This document shows, in pieces, positions 46,409 to 54,534 of a stretch of 64,000 bases of DNA. The stretch spans positions 945,347 through 1,009,346 of the forward strand of contig OZ252221.1 in assembly GCA_965249165.1 (NCBI GenBank), in the 5' to 3' direction. This stretch comes from Fidelibacterota bacterium (GTDB lineage Bacteria; Fidelibacterota; Marinisomatia; Marinisomatales; TCS55). Below the pieces are notes generated by a model that had not been told where the DNA came from, searched no databases, and saw only the letters and a list, made by a program, of their open reading frames with translations. The position numbers were made by a program, and so were the translations under genes. Numbering within the stretch: the first letter of the stretch is position 1; every line of letters starts with the position of its first letter.

Positions 46409-46885
46409 ATGGTTACAATGGGAAGGCAAATCTTATTCCTTATTGTTATGATTGCAATGTGTGTTATTGTTGGATGTATTCCTCAATATTATGTTTGGAT
46501 ACCCCAAGAAATAAAAGATGATTATGTTTATATAATACCTTATACAGAGCAAGATGAAGATCAAACTAAAAGTGACTCATCATTTCAATTTTTCTATTTT
46601 GCAGAATCAAAAGAATCAATACCATCGGAAATTAAATCACAATATGGAATATTGAGCTATGACCCAATGGATCCGAATAGCCACTATATTTTTATAGGTG
46701 ATTCATTCGAAGTACTCTCAAATATGCCTGTTAAACCGGAAATACAAACGGTAACAATTGATGGAACTACTTATACTGTATATCGATATTCAAGTGAATT
46801 TACTGGTAAAATGGATGGACCATTGAATATATATGTGAGAAATAATACCATAGAATTTATGCGCATAATGTTATTTGTAAGATAA
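46409..46885 (+). CDS. Putative immunity lipoprotein 6 (most divergent paralogue; no toxin tip upstream)
   Basis: Leader ...GRQILFLIVMIAMCVIVGC. Conserved core HYIFIGDSFEVLSNMPVKPEIQTVTIDGTTYTVYRY...DGPLNIYVRNNTIEFMRI. Confidence 0.6.
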   Translation: MVTMGRQILFLIVMIAMCVIVGCIPQYYVWIPQEIKDDYVYIIPYTEQDEDQTKSDSSFQFFYFAESKESIPSEIKSQYGILSYDPMDPNSHYIFIGDSFEVLSNMPVKPEIQTVTIDGTTYTVYRYSSEFTGKMDGPLNIYVRNNTIEFMRIMLFVR

Positions 46886-48031
46886 CTCTGTTGATATTTG
46901 CGGGTATACATTATCATTTTATTACGATCAATATGACTTACAACATTTGGATCAACTGGTGTCTGTGGGGAATGATTCAGACTCCTACCGCTACGCCATC
47001 TATATTTATAACCCGGATGGCAGCATCAATCGGGAAATCCTTTACCAAAGCGTAGGTTCATTGAGTCACAATTTTACCTATAACTCCCAGGGGCGCTTAA
47101 AGTTAATCAATCATTCCGATATTAGTTTTGGGATCCGGGAGAGCATTACCTATACATCCGGGGGCAATATCGACTCCACCGTGATAACTCTTGGTCGGAA
47201 TGGCGGCGGTGGCGGTGGCGGAAATGATGATAGTTCGGAGGACAATACTATCCCCGAACTATATTTTTATGATTATACCACTAACTATACTTACGATGAT
47301 CTGGGTCAGTTGACCGGGGCAGTACACAATGATAATGCCCTAGCAGATTTGACGATGACCTACGACCCCAATGGGAATATTCTCACCCAGAACAATAGAA
47401 CGTATAATTATATAAGCGGGACGAATAAAGTAAAGAACACCGATGGCAGCGGCAACGACTACACCTACAATGCCAATGGGAATATAACCAGGGCGAATCC
47501 AAAAAATATCCAACAGATCAGATACGATGCTTTTACGCAAATGACCCGAAGGATTTTGACTAGTCGGAATATAACGTTCCAGTATGATGGCAGTAACCGC
47601 AGAGTATTTAGGAACCACCGTGTAAGAGTATATCCTCCGGGGGGAGGAGACAATCCGGTCATGAAGCAGAAATACCAAAAAGGACCATCGGAAGAAGCGG
47701 TGATCAAAGATCAGTATTCCGGTTTTTCTCCCGCTCAAGTGGAGTCAAAGATGATGGGCGCAATCACATGGATATACAATAATAAGCTCTACCTCCATGG
47801 TGAGAATGAGTATCCGTTAGTGGAGTACATCACCAGCACCAACGAATCGGAGACGAAGCAAGTGTATATCTACGGAGCCACGGGGTTGATCGCCACCCAC
47901 CGAGACAGTACCACTTATACCATCATCAAAGACCATCTGGGCAGTACCCGGCTGGTGCTGGACGAGGATTGGGCGGTGGTGAGCTGGTATGACTATGCGC
48001 CTTTTGGCAAGATCAGCCGCAGCGGAACCGT
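46881..48031 (+). pseudogene. Orphan Rhs core fragment (duplicate of main-gene residues about 2005-2363) lacking N-terminus, core end and toxin tip
   Basis: Near-identical to 40150-41190 except for a replaced patch (about 47095-47280, including a GGC/GGT-encoded Gly run). Homology stops at ...PFGKISR(S/G)GT at about 48031. The ORF then reads through antisense sequence of the small-protein gene to a stop at 48143. Confidence 0.85.
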
Positions 48032-48036
48032 GGAAT

Positions 48037-48498
48037 TTACGCGATATTACGTTGGTACGTCCAAGCAAATACGTAAAGCATACGGAGAAGCGGAGAAATA
48101 TCCACACTCAGCCAACTGGCTGACGTATCCACCGTGCCAGTAATATAAAAATCATCTACATCACCCCCCGGCATTTCCCAGGGCGCAGTCCAACTTACCA
48201 CCGAACCAACCCATTCCGTCAGCATAGCATTAATATCCAGCTCTTGTCCATCCAAAACACCACCTCCATCGGTGAGTGGTATCGAGACAATCATCGAATC
48301 GATTAAGTGTACAATCTCAAAATCCGGTTCCGGAAATTGGATTAAATACCGGGTTACACCCAAAGAATCGTTGGAAATAACAGTGGAGGACTCAGCAAGG
48401 AGCTGGCTTTCTTCAGCCATAAGCGCCTGACTAAACAACAACAGAAAAACTACAACATGAAGACACTTCATTTTAATTCCATGATTGTGTTTCATCAA
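48037..48498 (-). pseudogene. 3'-truncated duplicate of the small secreted-protein gene (right repeat arm)
   Basis: The first roughly 135 codons parallel 33575-33981 (MMKHNHGIKMKCLHVVVFLLLFSQALMAEESQLL...SVDISPL). The tail LRMLYVFAWTYQRNIA is unrelated and overlaps the orphan rhs fragment. Confidence 0.75.
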
Positions 48499-48743
48499 TA
48501 CGACTCGAGAAAATATGCTAAAGAAGTTAGTAGATTCTCTAATTTACAGGCAAGAGATAGTTTAACCCTTTTGGAAAAGGATGTCAATATTTTGTTAAAT
48601 TTAAGGAAATAATGCACGAGTGGAGATGCCACGATTATACCATCGAATAACAGAAACCGCATAGTAGATCAAACTCTTGTCATGTAACGTTCCGCCAACG
48701 CTTTATCCACCACCGCTGGTTCATGATCTTGCAATATCTTATC
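48089..48743 (-). repeat. Right arm of the large inverted repeat (partner 33243-33981)
   Basis: See the left arm. The inner boundary is at the shared ...GAGTGTGGATATTTCTCCGCT. The outer boundary lies inside the 3' end of the monooxygenase gene. Confidence 0.9.
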
Positions 48744-49643
48744 CAGGATATTAAACTGCTCCGCCCCCTTTTCATAGACCTCTGCATAGGGCAGTTGATG
48801 GAATGACACCATGGAATACCTGGGTAAAAAATCATCCGGGAAGAATTGTTCCATCTTCAGTTCCAATTCCCGCCGTTTTTTATAGTAGGGGTCGTTTACA
48901 TGATCTCGCATTTCGATGTAATTCTCAAGAGCCATATTGGCAATGGCGTGACCATTTTTCACTTGTTGTCTGGAGAATTCAGAGAGAATGGTTATCCAGT
49001 TATCCCCGTATTCATCCATAAGTCCATTCAGGATGGTGCAGTCCTGGAAAGAGGCATTCATCCCTTGGCCAAAGAAAGGCACCACCGCATGGGCAGCATC
49101 TCCCAAAAGGACGGCTTTGTCCTCCACATGCCAGGGATCGCAGTACACAGACCCCAAATGACCGGTTGGATTGGTTTGAAATTCAGAGACCAAATCAGAC
49201 AGGAGCGGAATGGTATCGGAAAAATATTCTTCAAATAATTGCAGGATATCGCTCTTCGTCCGCACCGTAGCAAAGCTGGTCCCCCCGATCATAGGGAAGA
49301 ACAGAGTGCAAGTAAAGGAACGATCCATATTGGGCAGAGCAATGAGCATAAATTGCCCCCGGGGCCAAATATGGAGGGCATAGGGTTCCATCTGAAAATC
49401 ACCATCCCTTGCCGGTAGGATGGTCAATTCCTTATAACCGTGGTCCAACGGTTTGTATGTATACTTCAGACTTCCTTTTTCGACCATGGCATCCCGAACG
49501 ACCAAAGCGGAACCATCAACACCCAGCACCAGATCAAATGGAATGATATGCTCGTGCCCTGAAATTTTGTCAAATACTTTCAGTTGATTTTGATCAAAAT
49601 TCACACCGGTACATTGATGTTCAATTTTAGAAATTAGAGACAT
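48669..49643 (-). pseudogene. Kynurenine 3-monooxygenase-like FAD monooxygenase, 5'-truncated (N-terminal FAD-binding part missing)
   Basis: The 324-aa ORF aligns from about the middle third of KMO onward (DGSALVVRD; HGYKELTI; ALHIWPRGQFMLIALPNMDRSFTCTLFFP; LLGDAAHAVVPFFGQGMNASFQD). The N-terminal GxGxxG Rossmann segment (about 130 aa in remembered homologues) is absent. The ORF begins exactly where the AT-rich island starts. Confidence 0.7.
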
Positions 49644-49684
49644 AACTGATTTTATTTAATAGATTCACCATTCTGAAAAAAATA

Positions 49685-50524
49685 TTAATTATTTTTTTGA
49701 GCAATTCCGACTAAAAGACTTCCAAGATTAAAAACATTTGATAAACGATATGAAATTCTATTAATAATAGGCTGTTTAATACGTATTTGTCCCCATACAT
49801 GATGATTATTTGGATAGGGGGAAAGTAATTTCATTTTCATATCAACAATCTCAAATAATTTCTTCATGGATTTATAAGAATAAGCTCTCATATGTCTTAC
49901 AGGTTGTATGCAACCATAATCTTTTGAAATTATTGGAGATATCTTTCGGAAACTTGAAATAAGAGAATTATGATTAGGAACTTCAAAATGTAATAGACCG
50001 CCAGGTCGTAATGCATTAATGATATCTTTTAATAAATCTTTAGGGTTTTCAAAATGTTCCAAAACTTGACAGGCATAGATTAAATCAAAACATTCTTTAT
50101 AGTCCGAAATTTTATTATTCTTTATTGGAATATTCTGTTTCTGTCCCCAATCTAACCATTTTCGATTAATTTCTAAACCAATCCAGGAAATATCATTATC
50201 TTTAAATGTGCTATAACAAATACCTGGTCCACTTCCTATTTCCATTACATTTTTTAATGGACTCCCCTTGAATTTTTCATAAAAATAAATGCGGTTTTTA
50301 CATTTTTCACTAGCTATTATTTTACATCCATTAAAAGTATTTAATAACATTGATAAATTTTCATCAAGTGAAGGTGTTGTATCAGAGTCAATTTCTCTAT
50401 GAATTATTTCTGGACAGTAAAACATGTTACAAATTTTGCACGAAATAATTTTTTGATTAGACCAAACAAATGAGGTTAAACGTGTTTTTTCATCGCAAAT
50501 GGGGCATGGAATTAAAAAATTCAT
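49685..50524 (-). CDS. Class I SAM-dependent methyltransferase with N-terminal Cys4 zinc-ribbon-like motif
   Basis: CPICDE...CKICN at the N-terminus, SAM motif I VMEIGSGPG, post-I/II blocks FDLIYACQVLEHF and LRPGGLLHFEVPN. Confidence 0.75.
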   Translation of the reverse strand: MNFLIPCPICDEKTRLTSFVWSNQKIISCKICNMFYCPEIIHREIDSDTTPSLDENLSMLLNTFNGCKIIASEKCKNRIYFYEKFKGSPLKNVMEIGSGPGICYSTFKDNDISWIGLEINRKWLDWGQKQNIPIKNNKISDYKECFDLIYACQVLEHFENPKDLLKDIINALRPGGLLHFEVPNHNSLISSFRKISPIISKDYGCIQPVRHMRAYSYKSMKKLFEIVDMKMKLLSPYPNNHHVWGQIRIKQPIINRISYRLSNVFNLGSLLVGIAQKNN

Positions 50525-50600
50525 TATTTTATTTTTCTATTAAGCAGTTTTTATAATCATTAATTATATTTCAAAATCATTTATCACATTTATTTTAGCT

Positions 50601-51090
50601 TAACTATCATCAGATTTGTTTTTAATCTTTTTTGAGCCATAAAACTCGGGCATTATTTTATTGCCTTCTAGTGAAATACCCCATCCCGTAATAATTTGAA
50701 AAAATGTTATAAATAGTATTTTTATATCCAAAAAAAATTATTCTGTACATAATATATATCATAGTCTGATTTTTCTTCCCAAGATATCTTATTTCTTCCT
50801 TTTATCTGAGCTAAGCCTGTTATTCACAGGATTTATCAGATGACGTTGGTTTTGATAGTCATTGAAACGATCTTTATATTTAATCAGCAATGGTCGTGGT
50901 CCTACTAAACTCATATCTCCTTTAAGTACATTAAATAAAGCAGGGAGCTCATATAGACTTGTTCTCCTTAATAAATTACCTATAATTGTTATTCTCATTT
51001 CATCATGTTTAGAACTTAATGATACTCCTTTTCTCATTGTTCTAAATTTATATATAGTGAATTCACTAGATAGTTTACAAACGAACTTGC
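50601..51090 (-). pseudogene. Bacterial sugar transferase (polyprenyl-phosphate hexose-1-P transferase family) remnant: N-terminally truncated and frameshifted
   Basis: [12 protein letters not shown]...[35 protein letters not shown] is the family core. After about 50800 the expected continuation ([38 protein letters not shown]) is in another frame. The N-terminal TM/first block is missing because the upstream gene abuts it. Confidence 0.7.
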
Positions 51091-51998
51091 TTAAATAGTA
51101 TCAGATAACCTGACATTAATAAAATCTATAATAAAATTATTAATAATTCCTGAAGATTTTACTGGATTATCTTCAGGAATTACAATACCAGCCTTTTCTT
51201 TTTCTAAAAGAGTTTTTTGCCATCCACTGTAATTAATCATGACTGGTTTTCCAGCAGATAAACCATCAAAAAATTTATTAGCAGAATTATAATTCAGTTC
51301 TTCTATTGGGATTGTAAAAGATGAAACCAGCGTAGCTCTATTAATCAAATTAGGCAATTCTTTCTTACTTATTGGATTAACAATAAACAAATTATTACCT
51401 AATACATTTAATTGTTTTGAATATTTAATAATATGTGATTTTTCTTTCCCTTTTCCAGCCAATAAAAATTTGACATTCTTATTTATTTTCAACGTTTCAT
51501 AAGCTATATCAACTAAATAGCTCATACCATTGACTTTCCCAATTGCACCAGCGTATAAAATAAACGGAGAATCTCCTATCATTTTTAAAACTTTATTAAG
51601 TTCTTTATGGTCAAGATTTTCATTATCTACTTTTAAAGATCCAAAGTTTGGTATTGTAACGATTTTCTTACTTTCAATTCCTTTTTTTATTAGATACTTT
51701 TTCATATCGATAGAAAGAACAATAATTTTTTCAGATACTAAGAAGGATTGAAAAATTAATAAAAACAATAATCCGCTTATAAAATCCCATTTTATGAGAA
51801 TATAGGACAGGTAACCAGTAAACTTTAATTCCATTTTCAATTGAAAAATGATTTTTATTTTTCTTATTATCTTTCTGTGATGTGATCATGCGTACATCAT
51901 GACCATCTCTAACAAGTCTTATGGCTAGTTCAAAAAGATCGAGTAGAGCCATGAGTATTTGGTGTGTTGAAATATTGATGTAAATAAATTATTTTCAT
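51091..51998 (-). pseudogene. GT4-family (GT-B) glycosyltransferase split by at least two frameshifts
   Basis: Three consecutive pieces lie in different frames. These are MKIIYLHQYFNTPNTHGSTRSF (from 51998), ...LFELAIRLVRDGHDVRMIT... (ORF 51731-51952), and the C-terminal half with the EX7E-like region (ORF 51091-51840). Confidence 0.7.
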
Positions 51999-52028
51999 CA
52001 GAATAATAAATAAATTTTTCCAGCATCA

Positions 52029-52763
52029 TTATATAAGAAAAAAATCAATAAATCTATATAATTTATTTACACTAATCACTTGTTCGTTTATCCATTTATA
52101 AGTTTTTTCATCCCCTCTCTTAAAGATTTTGATACTTTCCATCCAATTTTTTCAAAATACAAATTGTTATCTGAGTTTCTCCCTCTAACTCCTTCTGGAC
52201 CAGAAACATTATTAATTTTTATTTTTTTCAGAAATATTAATAACCATTTCTGCTAAACTATTAATATTTATCATTTTTTCAGAACCAATGTTAACTGGAC
52301 CAGTAAATTTTGATTGTACTAATCTTCTAATAGCCTCAATACATTCATCTATATATAAAAATGATCTCGTTTGTTTGCCATCACCCCAAATTTCTATGGA
52401 AGTATTATTTTTAGCCTCAGCAACTTTTCTACATATAGCAGCTGGTGCTTTTTCTTTCCCTCCTGTCCATGTGCCTTGTGGGCCAAAAATATTATGAAAG
52501 CGAGCTATACGCACATTTAGTTTATAATTCCTAGAGTAAGAAAGGTATAATCTTTCACTAAATAATTTTTCCCAGCCATATTCACTATCTGGGTTAGCTG
52601 GATATGCAGAGTCTTCAGAACATTTAGGATTAGCTGGATCAGTTTGATGATATTCAGGATATTTAAGATCCACTCCTCTTACCCAGGAACCTTCTTTTTT
52701 AAGTCTTTTAACTAAATGACTGCCAATAAACCCTCCTGCACCGCATACTAATATTTTTTTCAT
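52029..52763 (-). pseudogene. NAD-dependent sugar epimerase (GDP-mannose-3,5-epimerase-like) with internal in-frame deletion and two 3' frameshifts
   Basis: N-terminus KILVCGAGGFIGSHLVKRLKKEGSWVRGVDLKYPEY jumps directly to HQTDPANPKCSEDSAYPANPDSEYGWEKLF, so about 95 aa of the Rossmann/catalytic core expected between these blocks are absent. After ...NISEKN the conserved tail (NVSGPEGVRGRNSDNNLYFEKIGW..., then KTYKWINEQ) continues in two other frames, each shift at an A-run. Confidence 0.7.
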
Positions 52764-53584
52764 TTTAGTTCCTTGATAATACTTTTTATTCCTTCTTCTA
52801 ATGAAATTTTAGGCTCCCAAAAATTTAATATATAGGGATTTTGTTTATTTCTTTTGTCTTGTTGAACCATATCTTTAGTCTTAGCTGGAACAACCTTAAC
52901 ATCCTCGAATTGAGAAGCAACTATATTTGCTATATCTAATATAGATATCCATTCAAAGCTTGTAATATGATAATCTTTTATTTTATCCAATTTTTGAAAA
53001 TTTTGACTCAATATGTATAAGCATCTTGAACAGTCTTCAACATGTAGAAATTGTCTTAATTCTTGACCATCTGTCATCATATCAATAATTCCTGTTTTTT
53101 GAGCTTTTATAATAAAATCAGTGATGACATGTGCTTTTTCTAAATTGTGTTCTACACCATAAACATTCCAAAATTTCACGGCTAAACCATTCATTGTATT
53201 AACATATCTTTCACCAATTGCTTTCGCCACTCCGTAAGGTGAATAACTCATATTTGACATCTGGCTAGAAGCGAAGATAAACGGTTTATTATGTTTTTTT
53301 AATGCAGAAAATGTATTGCTCATTATCTTAACATTATTATCAAAGAAATCAAAACTATGCTGATATTTTGAAAGATATCTTGAACCACCAACGTCAAAAG
53401 CTAAGAAGAATACAAAATCACTTTTTTGAATATAATCTGATAATAAAACATTATTATTTATTCTTAAATCTTCTTCTTCATTATTCACTATATCAAATTC
53501 GAATATTTGATTCCCTTGGTCTTTTAAATATTTACATAATGGAGAGCCGATTTGGCCTGATGACCCTAAAACAAGATATTTCAT
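52760..53584 (-). CDS. NAD-dependent epimerase/dehydratase family protein
   Basis: LVLGSSGQIGSPL Rossmann motif and catalytic YGVAK (Y-x3-K); 274 aa; overlaps the downstream gene by 4 nt. Confidence 0.7.
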   Translation of the reverse strand: MKYLVLGSSGQIGSPLCKYLKDQGNQIFEFDIVNNEEEDLRINNNVLLSDYIQKSDFVFFLAFDVGGSRYLSKYQHSFDFFDNNVKIMSNTFSALKKHNKPFIFASSQMSNMSYSPYGVAKAIGERYVNTMNGLAVKFWNVYGVEHNLEKAHVITDFIIKAQKTGIIDMMTDGQELRQFLHVEDCSRCLYILSQNFQKLDKIKDYHITSFEWISILDIANIVASQFEDVKVVPAKTKDMVQQDKRNKQNPYILNFWEPKISLEEGIKSIIKELK

Positions 53585-53615
53585 AGTTTAATTCAATTTC
53601 ATTAAGGATTAAATG

Positions 53616-54491
53616 CTAATTTTTATAAACAGTCTTAAAATATTTATGAATTTTTCTTTTAATCGTTAATATAATTCTCCAAAAATAATTTGTGGATAAC
53701 GCTGAATAAATTATTCTAGGGAATCTAGGATTTTTAATGCCATATTCATCTAATAGCTTATTTGCATCTCTTAATGAAAAGGCAGACCAGTAACCGCCAA
53801 CCAATTTAAAATTTCTCTCACATTCAACATGAAAAGATTCTTCTCTTTTTAATGGATAATCATGATTTTGATGGATTATTGTGATCAATTCTGTTGCATC
53901 TATTACAGGAATTTTATTTGATCTTGCCTTATATACTAACCAACTATCAAATCCAGGCCTGCCAACTACAAAAGGTGGTGGACCAAATAAATAATCTTTT
54001 CTAAATATCCAATAATCTATTCCTGACATTCCATGAAGTTTCCCTTCAAATGGTAATCTATTAATTAATTTTTGAAACCACATACCTTGACTATCAAACT
54101 TAATAGCCTCTCTTACATCAAGGTCCCAACGGCGTCCTACCATTAAAAATGGGTTTTTCTCAAGCAAAATACATACTTTATTAATAGTTTTTACAAAGTC
54201 GTTTGATAAAATAATATCTGCATTAACCTGAGCAACAATATCAAATTTTGCATATTCTTTTATTTTTTCAAAAACACCATCAATTAATGGAGTTCCAAAT
54301 TCATTTGTTTTCACATCCGTTATTAAATCAACATGCAATTCGTTTGCTATCTTTTTAGTAGTACCTTCCTCATCTTCAAATAAAATAATTTGAACTTCAG
54401 GTTTAATATGTTTCCAGCTTCTAATAGCATTTTGCTGAATAATATCAAAAGGTCCAGTGAAGGGCCTTGGATTACTAAATATTGTGATCAT
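53616..54491 (-). CDS. Hypothetical protein, possibly a GT-A-like glycosyltransferase
   Basis: 291 aa, soluble, sits between the polymerase-like and epimerase genes. The N-terminal beta-alpha-beta pattern and the acidic NADIIL block are suggestive only. Confidence 0.4.
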   Translation of the reverse strand: MITIFSNPRPFTGPFDIIQQNAIRSWKHIKPEVQIILFEDEEGTTKKIANELHVDLITDVKTNEFGTPLIDGVFEKIKEYAKFDIVAQVNADIILSNDFVKTINKVCILLEKNPFLMVGRRWDLDVREAIKFDSQGMWFQKLINRLPFEGKLHGMSGIDYWIFRKDYLFGPPPFVVGRPGFDSWLVYKARSNKIPVIDATELITIIHQNHDYPLKREESFHVECERNFKLVGGYWSAFSLRDANKLLDEYGIKNPRFPRIIYSALSTNYFWRIILTIKRKIHKYFKTVYKN

Positions 54492-54534
54492 CTATTATCT
54501 CACGAATTATTTAATATATACTATCAACTTGTTT

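Larger units (their letters stand above)
41716..46885 (+). repeat. Tandem array of toxin-tip / immunity modules (unit roughly 0.93-0.95 kb)
   Basis: The toxin domain of the main Rhs tip (from ...PAEG at about 41716) recurs at 42741, 43467, 44402 and 45353. Each copy is followed, after a conserved 22-nt spacer, by a paralogous small lipoprotein gene. Units start 935 bp (43467 to 44402) and about 948 bp apart. Confidence 0.9.

Noticed and set aside
42200-46900. Regular roughly 0.94-kb periodicity, considered as a possible CRISPR array or satellite repeat.
   Set aside because: The units are far too long and are protein-coding (toxin tip plus immunity gene). There are no short direct repeats with unique spacers and no cas genes.
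47203-47222. GGC/GGT run (GGCGGCGGTGGCGGTGGCGG) in the orphan rhs fragment, considered as a contingency (phase-variable) microsatellite.
   Set aside because: It is a trinucleotide, in-frame Gly run, so length changes would not switch the frame. It also lies in a fragment that already lacks start and tip.
48032-48143. C-terminal tail of the orphan rhs ORF (VEFTRYYVGTSKQIRKAYGEAEKYPHSANWLTYPPCQ), considered as a possible novel short toxin tip.
   Set aside because: From 48089 onward the sequence is the reverse complement of the small secreted-protein gene (right repeat arm), and 48032-48088 is an unassignable junction segment. The Rhs core motif (DPxGL region) is missing, so this is read-through across a rearrangement junction.
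33199-49650. The Rhs region, considered as a prophage, integrative element or integron.
   Set aside because: No integrase, recombinase or phage structural genes, no att-like direct repeats, and no tRNA at the border. The flanking repeats are inverted, not direct.
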